DNA of 64,000 nucleotides, taken from Octopus vulgaris. Its lineage: Eukaryota. Both the position numbers and the translations under genes were made by a program. The notes under the pieces were generated by a model, which made no database searches, had not been told where the DNA came from, and was given only the letters and a program-made list of their open reading frames with translations. Location: assembly GCA_951406725.2 (NCBI GenBank), contig OX597823.1:76198001-76262000 (forward strand). The letters are read 5' to 3'. This document shows positions 26,800-40,344 of this stretch, piece after piece. Within the stretch, counting starts at the first letter, position 1; each line of letters begins with the position of its first letter.

Positions 26800-28059
26800 C
26801 GTAGGAGTGACTGTGTGACAAGAAGTTTGCTGCCTGGTCACTAGGTCAAATAGATTTGGAAGATGGAAACTGAAAAAAGCCCGTCGTATATACGTGTTTG
26901 TGGGCCGGAGGGGGCTAGCTTCGTGCTTGTCCCAGACAACCGCTTGTTGACTTCCTTTCCATCCCCGCAACTTAGAAGTTCGACGAAATTAACCCATAGA
27001 ATATGTCGAATGACTGAGACAAGTAAATGTTTTTTTAGATATATCGTAGTAATATCCAATGTAGTTGTGGTTTACGACCAGTCAGGACGTTACCATTGGT
27101 TTCACACTTTTTATACTCTTAGCAATATAGACGACTCCCACTACTAAGAACGTAAAAGGCGCGAAAGCAATGGTGACTCCTTGACAGGCCATACCAGCCA
27201 CATAGTTTCGGGTTCATTCACACTGCGTGGCACCTTAGAACCTAGGGTTGGATTCAAAATTTCTACCAGGACCCCTGAGAGTAAATCAGCCGAAATTTTG
27301 TGGTAGCAACAAACAAGATGAGGACAAATATCCGTCCAATGTAAAAAATGTAAATATTGTACAGAATTCCTCATCTCTAAAATATAGAACAATTTATGAT
27401 TGTTTCAAAAATTCCATGTTGACTTAATCTTGCATCGTGTTTTTAAACGACTCTACAATTAATGATGTAGTCATATCCGTTGTACAGATACCCCGTTCAT
27501 AGAAATGATCCCTCGCAACTCTCTACAAAAAATAATATGCTGAAGTGTTTGTCTACCGCTTAAATATAGGACATTAATCAATGTTTATAGTGGACGGCAC
27601 AGCGGTCACGTTTATAAACATGATTGAAGATAAGTCAAAATGAATTTGTAGAAATAATTGTAAACTATGAAACAAAAATAATAACGCAAGCTCCACTCTT
27701 CAGTGTTTATCATTTTATACTCAACAATAATTTGTGGGTTACCAGCTTATTGGGGGTCTTTTCCCCATTTAGTCATTGTCCGTAGAAGCACTTCTTCCCT
27801 AGGCAAGCGCCTGGATTATTTTATCCCAAGTCTCCTGTAATATACCTCCCTGCGCGCACGACCGAGTGTGGGTGTTTTCAACTGCTTTGTGAGTTCAAAT
27901 CACGCCTAAGTTAACTTCATCTTCATATTCTCAAAATAACAATACAGAGAAGATTCGTGGAATCTAGTAGTATCTAGCAGTATCTATTTCGGATCCCTAT
28001 ATTCTGAGTTCAAATCCCACCTACTATCAGCGGAAAAATAAAAGGGTCCTTCGTAGAAG

Positions 28060-28450
28060 AAAATCCGTTGGTAAAGGTTCGAAGCACTCTAAAATATGGA
28101 CGTCAGCGGCACATTTCATAAAGTATGCACGTCAGCGGCACATATCGTAAAGTATGGACGTCAGGATCTCTTTAATATCGATCCTTTCTCAGCCAGACAT
28201 AATCTGCACTTCCTGCTGCTATTGAAGTACGCTTTACATTTCTCTAGAATCCTCCACTTTATGTTATTCTTGGTGATGCTGTCTTTCAACGACCATACGT
28301 GCTTGGCCAGGGTTGTGGAATTACATCTCTCCTAGATGCTGAAGGACTTGTGGTTGTTATAGCAGGGTCTGAAGGGGCCTTCAGTTGCTCCAATGTACTT
28401 TCGCACGCTTGGTTGTCTATTTAATCCTATTGCTGTTACCTTTACCTCGT
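28060..28450 (-). pseudogene. Penelope-like element GIY-YIG endonuclease remnant
   Basis: Manual translation: RKYIGATEGPFRPCYNNHKS, STTLAKHVWSLKD...IKWRILEKCKAY..SSRKCRLCLAEK. Confidence 0.8.
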
Positions 28451-28464
28451 ATGGAATGGAAGCA

Positions 28465-28628
28465 CGGCGTCGGTTACGACGACGAGGGTTCCGGTTGATC
28501 CGAATCAACGGAACAGCCTGCTCGTGAAATTAACGTGTAAGTGGCTGAGCACTCCACAGACACGTGTACCCTTAACGTAGTTCTCGGGGATATTCAGCGT
28601 GACACAGAGAGTGACAAGGCCGGCCCTT
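28465..28628 (-). mobile_element. SINE family C 3' tail
   Basis: Reverse complement of tails at 30820-30955, 59570-59680 and 60290-60430. Confidence 0.7.
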
Positions 28629-28649
28629 GGTGGTGGCTGTTGTGGTGGC

Positions 28650-28650
28650 G

Positions 28651-28713
<63 letters not shown>

Positions 28714-28796
28714 CTGGTAGCGGCGACAATGTTAATGTCGGGTCGTTGATGTTATGGGTGGTGATGGCGGTGGTAGCATCCGCAGCGGTGTGGGTA

Positions 28797-28873
<77 letters not shown>

Positions 28874-29190
28874 GATCTATCTATTTCTCTATCTATCTCT
28901 CTATCTATCTCTCTATCTATATATCTATCTTCTTAAGACTTGAGAGACAGACAGATTAAATAACATAAGCATTGACCCACGGTCTAGAGAAACTGACCAT
29001 AGTGATTATTAGCGGGAATAGCTTAGATTGGAAGTCTGTCCATGGATGGAATTTACCATGGTAGAATATACCGTGATGGAAATTACCTAAGGTGAAATTT
29101 ACCTGGTGGAATTTTCCGTGGTAGAATTTACCTAGAACTCATACATACATACATACATACATACACACACACACATACATACATACACAC

Positions 29191-29223
<33 letters not shown>

Positions 29224-29512
29224 TACATACATGCATACATACAAACATACATACATATATACATACAAACATACATACATACATACACACATACATATAT
29301 ACATACATACACACATGCACACACACGCATACATACATACACACACACATACATATACACAAACACATACACACACACATACATACATACATACATACAT
29401 ACATACATACATACACACATACATACATACATACATACATACATACATACATACATACAAACAAACAAACAAACAAACAAACAAACAAACAAACAAACAA
29501 ACAAACAAACAA
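28650..29512. repeat. (AGT)n,(ATCT)n,(ACAT)n,(ACAA)n microsatellites plus ~15-bp GGTGGAATTTACC-type repeats at 29047-29135
   Basis: Directly visible. Confidence 0.9.
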
Positions 29513-29704
29513 AAAAGAAGGAAAATTCTTGAAAGTATCGAAAAGAGACCCCTTGAACTTAAATTGAGCCGCCTGAAAGAGGAGTCAATGAGAAGCTGTC
29601 GGAGTCAAACTTCGACATTAGAAGCAGGTAACTGAAAAAATAATTAACAATAATAACATAGGCGCATGAGTGGCTGTGTGGTAAGTAGATTGCTTACCAA
29701 CCAC

Positions 29705-29851
29705 ATGATCACCACCATCCCCTGCCGGAGCATCGTGGAGCTTTTAGGTGCTTTCGCTCAATAAACACTCACAACGCCCGGTCTGGGAATCGAAACCGCG
29801 ACCCTACGACCGCGAGTCCGCTGCCCTAACCACTGGGCCATTGCGCCTCCA
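29705..29851 (-). mobile_element. tRNA-derived SINE (family C-related head)
   Basis: Minus strand GGAGGCGCAATGGCCCAGTGGTTAGGG...GGTTTCGATTCCC. Confidence 0.7.
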
Positions 29852-30019
29852 CGTTCACTACATACTGATGGATGGTAGATGATTGACAAAAAATCAAAAT
29901 ATCCAATGCTATTCGTATTAGGCTGGTGCATAATTATTGCGGCTTTTTTTTTTTCAATAAATTTTAGTCAACAAAATATTTAAACAAAACGCTAAGCAGA
30001 AATAGAAGTTGATGATGAA

Positions 30020-30810
30020 GGCAGCGAGCTGGCAGAAACGTTAGCATGCCAGGCGAAATGCTTGGCGGAATTTCGTCTGCCGTTATGTTCTGAGTTCAAG
30101 TTCCGCCGAGGTCGACTTTGCCTTTCATCCTTTCGGGGTCGATAAATTAAGTACCAGTTACGCACTGGGGTCGATGTAATCGACTTAATCTCCTTGTTTG
30201 TCCTCTCTGTGTTTAGTTCCTTGTAGGTAGTAAAGAAATAGGTATTTCGTCTGCCCTTATGTTCTGAGTTCAAATTCCGCCAAGGTCGACTTTGCCTTTC
30301 ATCCTTTTGAGGGTAGATTAAATAAGTACCAGTTACGCACTGAGGTTGATATAATCGACTTAATCTGTTTGTTTATCCTTATTTGTCCTCTCTGTGTTTA
30401 GCCCCTTGTGGGTAGTAAAGAAATAGGTATTTCGTCTGCCGCTACGTTCTGAGTTCATCTTCCGCCGAGGTCGACTTTGCCTTTCATCCTTTCGGGGTCG
30501 ATCAAATAAGTACCAGTTACGCACAGGGGTCGATGTAATCGACCTAATCCCTTTGTCTGTCCCTGTTTGTCCCCCTCTATGTTTAGTCCCATGTGGGCAA
30601 TAAAGAAATCAGAAACGTTAGCACGCTGAGCGAAATGCTTAGCGGTATTTTGTCTGTCTATGGGTTCTCAGTTCAAATTCCGCCAAGGTCTATTTTGCCT
30701 TTCATCCTTTCGGGGTCGATAACTTAAGTACCAGTTGTGTAATGGGGTCGATCTAATCGACTGGCCCCCTCCCACAAAATTTCGGGCTTTGTACCTCGAG
30801 TAGAAAATAT
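30020..30810 (+). mobile_element. Tandem array of four family B SINE units
   Basis: Core (G)ACTTTGCCTTTCATCCTTT-like motif repeated four times about 185-220 bp apart. Confidence 0.85.
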
Positions 30811-30959
30811 TCTATGTCGTACTGAATTTCGCTAAGAACTATGTTAAGAGTACACGGGTCTGTGGAGTACTAAGCCACTTGCATGTTAATTTCACGAGCA
30901 GGCTGTTCCGTTGATCGGATCAACTGGCACCCTATTCGTCATAACCGATGGAATGCTAG

Positions 30960-31011
<52 letters not shown>

Positions 31012-32073
31012 ATCGTAAAAATGTCTGGTCTGAAAAGAAGACGTTTAAACCGGATGTATCCTAGGAACAAGAAATCTGATAGGGGCATCGTCTCTGCCAA
31101 CAGCATCAATGGCGATATTGCTGAGGGTATGGTAGTAAACTGAGCCCACATCATCATCTTTAACATGTCTCACAGCTAGAACCTTTTACTAAATATTTTA
31201 TCCAATCATTTATCTCCAGAATGGCAGCTTCTACATGGAATCACATTCTCATCAGACATTAATTTACAAAAGTTGAAAAAAGACATCATCTACATTCACA
31301 TTAACAGCTTAGGAAAGCCTGCAGATGTTCTCTTGCTCGCACTTTATATTAATACAAATAAGAATTTCTAACAAAGGTTCATAGCCAAAAATTTTATAAG
31401 AGGAAATAATGTCAACTATATAATGTCAACCACTCCTTATCTAGTGTTTTATTTCATTGCCAACAAAAAAAGAGAAATGTGAAGTGTGTTGACAATGCTA
31501 ACTAACCCTTTCATGACTTAAATTCTGATAGGTAAACTGTTTCATTAAATCACTAGTGCCAGTTTAGCATACAGTAAACGTGGCCATTTACAATTTAGTA
31601 TGCTATCTGTTGCCAATTCTAGACCATAGCTCTAACCCTAACATAAACCATAACAAGGCATAGTCTACATAGTTACAAGCAGATAGACACTCTACTGACC
31701 TTCTCACCTTTATCTCATAATTTTGTTGATCCAGACACCTGATTAATAATTAAAGAAAGTAGCTATTTTACTAAGACTGTTCAAATTGATTATGTGTATT
31801 TCATTGGGAACATGACTATAAAAGAATTTAGCATCAAATTTGATTTCAACTTACATTTTCCACAGCTATTCTAACAACAGTGTAACAATACTTCTGTAAC
31901 CTCTCAGAGGAAACATGACTCCTCCATCACTCCTCTCCACCCTTCCTTTATGGTTTGAGAACAATTCTATAATTGTTATAAACTGGATTGGAACTTACTT
32001 TCTTTCTGCTCGCATCCATTCTCCATTTAATGCTGCTTGGTTTGCATCTTTTAGAGAGATAGATTACATATAA

Positions 32074-32471
32074 CTAGCAGTATCGCCCGGCGTTGCTCGG
32101 GTTTGTAAGGGAAATAACTATATAAGCATTTTTAGAGAGTTATAGCCAAAAAATAGCAAAAAAATGCATTAAAAATGGAAAAAAAATGATGATAAATATT
32201 TTTAAAAATCGTTGACACATCGTAGACATTTTTAGAGAGTTACTTCCCTTATATAATAGCAAAAGAATGCATTAAAATGGAAAAAATGATGGTAAATTTT
32301 TTTTTAAAATCGTAGACTCATTGTAGACGCGCGCTAATTCCCAGAAGGGCTCGATATGAATCACGACTATAAGATACCCGATTTTGGTTAAACTTAACCG
32401 CAAAATGTGGGAGTAGTTAGGAATCTAAATCGTAGGAGACAGACACACAACCTCTCTTTTATATATAAAGA
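32074..32471 (-). mobile_element. Complete ~400-bp non-autonomous Helitron
   Basis: Minus strand: A|TCTTTATATATAAAAG start, 3' hairpin CCCGAGCAACGCCGGG, CTAG|T end, no TSD. Confidence 0.9.
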
Positions 32472-34384
32472 TAAACTCAAAGAGCAACTAGAAAGTGAAA
32501 GTAGTATCTAACTTAGGATGTCTCATAGATAGTGCTGGCAATGGTGTTGGAGGTGGTAGATGTGGTTATCATGGCAGTGGTGGTGGTGGTGTAGTGGTGA
32601 CAGTGGATGTGTATGATGGCAGCAATTATAGTGTTGGTGTTTTTGTAGAGGTGGTGGTGGTGGCGGCGGCAGTGGATGATAATGATAATGATGATGATGG
32701 TAGTAGTAGCATTGATTATGTTAGGATGTCTCATGGATGGTAATGTTGAAGACATTGCAGAGTGTAGTGGTGGTGAAATTGGTGATTTTGAATATGATGC
32801 TGGTATTGATCTTGGAGTTGTGGTTGCAGAAGATGGTTGTGGTGGTGGCATTGGAGGTTGTAGTAATGGTTGTAGTGGTGGTTGTGAAGATGATTCTGAT
32901 ATTGATAGTCTTTGCATTGAGGTGGTGGCAGAGTCAGAGTAAATAATAAGAGCCCAGTTAACACAAGATTCTCAAATTTCGGAGATCATAAGATAGGGAG
33001 CAAGAAGTTAAAAGTTCCAATACTGGCCCAATACCTACACCCCAGATTCTTCAACTATTTTATAAGAAAGGGGTTAATGGCAGGATAGGGATTCAGCTTT
33101 AAAATAAATTGTATAACACAAAATACATAAATAAATTACTGCTCCAACGATGTAATTTTAGTATTGTGTATGTATGTGTGTGTGTGTGTGTGTGTAAGCA
33201 ATGCAAACAATGGAAAATAATTTAAACACTCATTTTCTAATGTCTAAGGATGGATATTTATGCGTATGAATCTTTTTCTTTTTTATTTTCTTTCAAATAT
33301 AATTCTAGGGAACTGAAAAAGCTGGGTACGATGCCAAGCGAATTTAGCTATTTACGATGAGCGGATGTTTACGTTACAAACGAATCTGTAGGTCTGTTTA
33401 CATGTTTACGTTAACCACGTCACAAACTAGCTGTTTACGTCACAGTAACAATATTTTGAGAGGCAGTAAATAATATGAGGTCGAAAGAAAGAATACCATT
33501 GGTTAAAATTCGAATTATTAAACAACGTTAAACTTAGAAATTACAATTCCGTTTTCATTTTGGTTTACAATTATGTTTTCTTTTGACACATTCTACCAGC
33601 ATACGAAGTTTCAATTTGTTTAGTTAACTAGGAAAATCTGGCCTTCAAACTGAAAAGATCCTAAGTGTGTGTATATACATATGTGTGATTGTGTGTTTGG
33701 AAGTGTATATATATATATATATATAAATATATATATATATACACGCATACACGCATCTATGTATGTATGTATGTATGTATGTATATATGTAGGTATGTAT
33801 GCATGTATGTATGTATGTATGTATTACAATCTTGCGATTGTTGTTATATATAATGTCTGGACAGACATCTCACTTATGAAATCTTTTAAATTTTTTCTTT
33901 CTCTATTTTTCGAAATGAGTTGTCAATTTGCTATTACTTTGACATGTATCTCATTTTTTGTCTAAAATAACATATGTCTTATTTTTTGCGATGCTACAAA
34001 TATGAAATAATGACCTTATTTATAATAATAAAAAAAAATACTTTCAAACATTTATTTATTCAGCTGCGTCAAGTTATTTCGTATATTCGATATCATTGTT
34101 GGGTTCAGATTTAATCTTGTACTTTTATATCTTTCAATCGAAATATCTTCCAACTATGATGTCTAATCTGGTAAAAAAAAAAAAAAAAAAAAAAAAGAAC
34201 ATTTTTCCAAAAACTCCCGTTTAACACATTCTTTCCCCAACTCACAATGAATGTTAAGCTTGGCACTCCCGATTCTTTTGTAGGGAAGCGGAAGTTTCTT
34301 TAATTTTAGCTGTAATTTAAACGACTGAAATTATCATTCTGTATTATAAAAATCAAAACTTATATATATTTGTTGACATTTGTG

Positions 34385-34510
34385 CATCTCCACAAATTCT
34401 TCCAGAAATTGTCGTGCTTTTCTTCTGAAAGGAAATACCGCTGGCAATATCAAATAATAGCGTCTATTCATGTATTACTCTAAAAACTCAAAAGACTTTC
34501 AAGGATTTAA
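34385..34510 (+). pseudogene. Second Tigger transposase fragment
   Basis: Similar to 17397-17520 (FLLKGNTAGNIK). Confidence 0.65.
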
Positions 34511-34950
34511 AATCTTCTAGAAATCTTTACAAATTTCTGACAATGTAACTAACGGATAGCCACAGCAATTGTTGGCCATTTGGATCTTTTCTTTTTGAAA
34601 GCCAGATTTTCCTAGTTAACTAAGCAATTTGAAACTTCGTATACTGGTAGAATGTATCAAAAGAAAACATAATTGTAAACCAAAATGAAAACGGAATTGT
34701 AATTTCTAAGTTTAACGTTGTTTAAAAATTCGAATTTTAACCAATGATATTCTTTCTTTCGGCCTCATTATTTACTGGTTCTCAAAATATTGTTACTGTG
34801 ACGTAAACAGCTATTTTGTGACGTAGTTAACGTAAACATGTAAATAGCTAACTAAAATGTAAACATCTCCGCTTATCATAAACTTCGTGGAGTATATATA
34901 AAATATCTGTGTAGATCCTAAATAGCTACACACACATGTATACAAACATA

Positions 34951-34999
<49 letters not shown>

Positions 35000-37074
35000 T
35001 CTAATGCATATGCATATATGTGTATATATTTATAATGTGTGTGTATTATAGATGCATAAATTATATATATATAAAAGATGTTTACATACAATATATATAT
35101 GTTATATACATCTACATGTATATGTATGTATGAATATATAAGTACCACAGAATTTGGATCAAACTGTTTTGATCCATTCATACACACACACACACACCAA
35201 CACTACCATCCATGAGACATCCTAACATAATCAATGCTAATACTACTATCATCATCATTATCATCATCATCCACTGCCGCCACCACCACCACCACCACCT
35301 CTACAAAAACACCAACACTATAATTGCTGCCATCATACACATCCACTGTCACCACCACCAGCACTGCCATGATAACCACATCTACCACAGTTGTTTGCTT
35401 ACTGCTTACCCACTCACAAAATAGTTATCTACGTCACATTAACACTATGCAGCTAATAATTTCAAATGAAAACAGAAAATATGATTGGTTAAGTATATAA
35501 TAAGTACTGGGCTTAAAAAAGAATAAGTCCCGGGGTCGAGTTGCTCGATTAAAGGCGATGCTCCAGCATGGCCGCGGTCAAGAGTAACATTAAAAGTAAA
35601 ATAGGTTCTATATGACACATTAGGGTTAGGGTTAGTGTCCGAAGGTTGAAAGTGTTTAGTTACAAAAAATATATTTCTCGATCTGCCGTTGAAAGGGTAA
35701 AGATCCCTTATATTATTTATTTAAACCCTTTACAAACTAGAAGGGTTATGGGTCAAGAGGAAAATACATCAATCAAATGTTGGGAAGGCCATCGGTTGAA
35801 TAAAATAACATTGTTCCTCAACAGAACAATAAGGCTCTATAGTTAGGGGGAAATTTACCCATTCAGTTTCAAAACTCAGGTGGAGCCAAAAGAGGTCTCT
35901 ACACATACATACGTATACACACACACACATACATACATACATATATCCAGACAACTTCAGCTTTATATATATATGTATATATATATATACCGCTTGGATC
36001 GCTTTCAATGCCACTACGTCCCGTCCGATTCGCTCCAAAATTTACAGGGACATGTAGAAATAGGTGACGAAGCTCGTGGGCTACCTTAGAAATCCCTATC
36101 TTAAAAGGTGTGGTTCCTAGGGGCCATCTTCCTCACTCACGCTATTTCCTCCAGTACCCTCTCACTCCCCTTCAAATATAACTTTGATATTTCCACTACC
36201 GTTATTTAAAGTATCTGTCATTCTCGCTATTTCCTCTCTTTTTCACTCACTCTGTTTCTTACCTTCCCATTACATCGGCGTTCTTTTACGTATCTGTCTG
36301 TCACCAACAACACACGAGCATGAGAACAAATATTATGAATCAGATATTCTTGCGTTCATTTATATGTATGTGTGTGTGTGTGTTCTATATATAAATATGT
36401 ATATATAATGTATGTGTGTGTGTGTGTGTGTGTGTTCTATATATAAATATGTATATATAATGTGTGTGTGTGTGTGTGTTCTATATATAAATATGTATAT
36501 ATAATGTATGTGTGTGTATGTTCTATATATAAATATGTATATATAATGTATATGTGTGTGTGTTCTATATATAAATATGTATATACAAAGTGTATATATA
36601 CAAAGTGTATATATCTGTATTTATGTATATTAAACTTTTTCATAGTTATATATATTTTTAAACAAATTATAAATATAATTTAATAATTATTATTTTCAAT
36701 TTAATTTAAATTTATCAATTTTATATATTATAATTTTTTTAATGTTTTTGTTTTTTCACTGTTTGATTTGCATAAAAATTCCATTTTTCACTTTTATGAT
36801 TATACCCAGAGTGCTCTAATCGAATATGAACTGTCTTCCCATTGGCGGACGTTTGTCTTTTTTTATTTTTGAAACAAACACATTGCCTCTTTCGTTTTAA
36901 AAAATACTATCTTAATACATTGGTCCAACAAACAAAACATCACCCACACTCATTCTTTCATGTATTTGAGAATGTGTGTCTGTCTGTCTGTGTGTTTCCC
37001 TAAAACTTGAGAACTACACAACCAATTCCATTCAAATTGTACACATGACTTACTTAGGGTATAAGGAGTGTGTT

Positions 37075-38150
37075 GAGCTGGGCTCTGGGCGCCATTGGGC
37101 TCACTGTCCACGGCTACGAGACCACAGTGAGCGCTATGGCGACCAGAGCTCGCTCTGGGCGCCATTGGGCTCACTGTCCACGGCTACGAGACCACAGTGA
37201 GCGCTATGGCGACCAGAGCTCGCTCTGGGCGCCATTGGGCTCACTGTCCGCGGCTACGAGACCACAGTGAGCGCTATGGCGACCAGAGCTCGCTCTGGGC
37301 GCCATTGGGCTCACTGTCCGTGGCTACGAGACCACAGTGAGCGCTATGGCGACCAGAGCTCGCTCTGGGCGCCATTGGGCTCACTGTCCGCGGCTACGAG
37401 ACCACAGTGAGCGCTATGGCGACCAGAGCTCGCTCTGGGCGCCATTGGGCTCACTGTCCGCGGCTACGAGACCACAGTGAGCGCTATGGCGACCAGAGCT
37501 CGCTCTGGGCGCCATTGGGCTCACTGTCCGCGGCTACGAGACCACAGTGAGCGCTATGGCGACCAGAGCTCGCTCTGGGCGCCATTGGGCTCACTGTCCG
37601 CACTACGAGACCACAGTGAGCGCTATGGCGACCAGAGCTCGCTCAGGGCGCCATTGGGCTCACTGTCCGCGGCCACGAGACCACAGTGAGCGCTATGGCG
37701 ACCAGAGCTCGCTCTGGGCGCCATTGGGCTCACTGTCCGCGGCTACGAGACCACAGTGAGCGCTATGGCGACCAGAGCTCGCTCTGGGCGCCATTGGGCT
37801 CACTGTCCGCGGCTACGAGACCACAGTGAGCGCTATGGCGACCAGAGCTCGCTCTGGGCGCCATTGGGCTCACTGTCCGCGGCTACGAGACCACAGTGAG
37901 CGCTATGGCGACCAGAGCTCGTTCTGGGCGCCATTGGGCTCACTCTCCACGGCTACGAGACCACAGTGAGCGCTATGGCGACCAGAGCTCGCTCTGGGCG
38001 CCATTGGGCTCACTGTCCACGGCTACGAGACCACAGTGAGTGCTATGGCGACCAGAGCTCGCTCTGGGCGCCATTGGGCTCACTGTCCACGGCTACGAGA
38101 CCACAGTGAGCGCTATGGCGACCAGAGCTCGTTCTGGGCGCCATTGGGCT
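37075..38150. repeat. 70-bp GC-rich hairpin minisatellite, ~15 units, followed by (TTGGC)n
   Basis: Same unit as 24602-24945. Confidence 0.95.
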
Positions 38151-39026
38151 TGGCTTGGCTTGGCTTGGCTTGGCTTGGCTTGGCTTGGCAGAATTTTAAT
38201 TACTCAGAGATCCTTAGCGTGAAGGCAGCATATAAAAAAAAACAACTCTTCATCAGTTGTTGGCAGTTTTACTTACTCCGCATTGCAACAAGATGTGTCT
38301 TCGTTAAAGCAAATTAGATAAAATTTGACATACGTGGAACGTCAAAGCTGCTAACAAAATCAGGACAATCAAAATTTTCGCTAAGGGCTGTTTAACCCTA
38401 ATGAGGTGACGTGGTGAACGCTGCAGAAAGAAAGCTTTGTCAAGAGACAGACGGGAATGCATGAACGAAAAGAAAAAGAATTACATTTAGAAATAGATCT
38501 ATAGTTATTGAGGACAGAATTTCTGTTAGAAATAGAGAACAATAAATATTGAATTATGCATAAAGCGCTGACTTACATTCGGGGCTTCCAATTTCTCTGT
38601 AAAATATAAGATTGTCGCAAAATCATCGCACATGTCACCATCGATTACAAATGCCGGTGGAAGATAAACGTTCCAGAGGACATTCTTGTTCTTTCGTTCG
38701 TACAAGGATCGTATTATGTTTCGGCTTAAAATAAATTATAGATACAAATATAATGTATAGAAATATATAAAAACCAGAATAGAAAATAAACGTCTTAGGC
38801 ATATAAAATGAGATAACATGAGATATGAAGGTGTTATAAACTTGAAACTTACTAGAATATCATAGATTATATATCAAGTCATCCAGTCAGTTCCGTCCAA
38901 TTTTACCTTTTTTTTTTAGATTTGAATGAAATTTAATAGTATTTGCAAACGTCTAATTCAATTAAGAATTATTTTTATGCATTTGTGTACGTTTAAACTG
39001 ATTCAATATTGTTTTACAAAATAATA

Positions 39027-40337
39027 GACGGTATCCACAAAGTCTGCGTACATGGGAATTAACACATACTTTTAAAACAAAACAATTTTATTTAATTATA
39101 ATGTTAATAAATAATATTTTCAAAGTGATTTCCATCATTTTTCAATGCATAACTTGATGCGCCTTGCAAAATTCAGGTGAACTTGATTAAATAAGTCTAC
39201 ATTGCCATCAATTTCAGCACACTGACTGGTAATGCGTTCTCTCATGTGTTTTAAATCTGTAATCTTTATTGAGTAAACTTTCTCTTTCAACATACCCCAG
39301 AAAAAGAAATCAAGGGGAGAAAGGTCTGGTGAACGAGGGGACCATTCCATATGACCCCTTCTTCCAATCTAGTGAGGAGGAAAAGTGTCATTAAATCAAT
39401 CTCTAACAGTTGTGGCAAAATGGGTAGGGGCCCCATCCTGCTGAATCCAATTCGGAAGGCCCTCCCCTAGGCATCAATTTAAGATATTAATTTGTCTCTC
39501 AATATATTTGCATAAGTCTCATCCGTTACATGTTCAATGAAGAAGGGTCCTAGAACATGAGCTTTCCAAAAACCACACCACACCATCACCTTTTTGCTGT
39601 CTTGCTGTTTGGATAGATCCATCCAATGTGGATTACCTCGAGACCAGTATAGAAGATTCTGTCTGTTGACCTCACCATTTACATAAAACGTAGCTTTGTC
39701 ACTGAACAACACAAAGTTTTTCGTAAAATTGATATTTTCATCCAATTTATCTGAAAACCATTCGCACGTCTACATTCGTCTATCAGGATCGTCTTCATTT
39801 AAGTGATGCAATATCTGTAGGTTGTATCGATGAAACTTTTCCTCAACCAGCATTTTGGAACACCTAACACCGTAGATGTCCGACGAAGTGATTTTTGGGG
39901 GCTAGCTAGGAGAAACTTTAGCCTCGACAGCCTCTTTAGTTTCATCTGAAGACTTTGGTCGCCCGGAACGGGGTTTATCCGAAACACTGCCTGTTTCTTT
40001 AAATGTCTTGATCAATTTCCTGACGGCAGTAAAATAAATAGGTTGCCTACAAGGGTGTGGAAGATTAAGTTCTTCCGCAATTTTGCGATAAGACCATCCC
40101 TCTCGTCCACTTAATAATACTAACTCGATTCTTTCTTCTTTAGACAGATTCATCATTCGATCTGGGATTCTTTCTTCTTTAGACAGAGCCATCATTCGAT
40201 CATCTGTAGAAAAAATAACAAATAAATTTAGAAAAGTAAAGTATTTTTTTATTTAATTTAAACAAAAGTAAAAAAGGAAAATTATTATTTCTTATGTTAT
40301 GATTTTATTCCATAAACCCAGACTTCGTGGACACCCT
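39027..40337 (-). mobile_element. Decayed Tc1/mariner transposon (rosa/maT-like)
   Basis: FSDKATFYVNGEVNRQN..YWS, WSPRSPDLSPLDFFFWGMLK; imperfect TIRs GGTATCCACAAAGTCTG / CAGACTTCGTGGACACC. Confidence 0.85.
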
Positions 40338-40344
40338 AAAATTG

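Larger units (their letters stand above)
20051..33661. mobile_element. Giant non-autonomous composite TIR transposon, copy E1 (Merlin-like termini)
   Basis: ~270-300 bp TIRs GGATCTTTTC.../...GAAAAGATCC; perfect 8-bp TSD TAAGTGTG at 20043-20050 and 33662-33669. Confidence 0.9.

Noticed and set aside
32495-32964. Gly/Cys/Asp-rich or His/Pro-rich ORFs (also 51264-51736)
   Set aside because: Low-complexity GGT/GAT trinucleotide decay, open in several frames, inside the transposon arm
37075-38150. CRISPR array or RAG RSS array (CACAGTG in each unit)
   Set aside because: No unique spacers or cas genes; the nonamer position after a 12-bp spacer matches only 5/9 (ACCAGAGCT)
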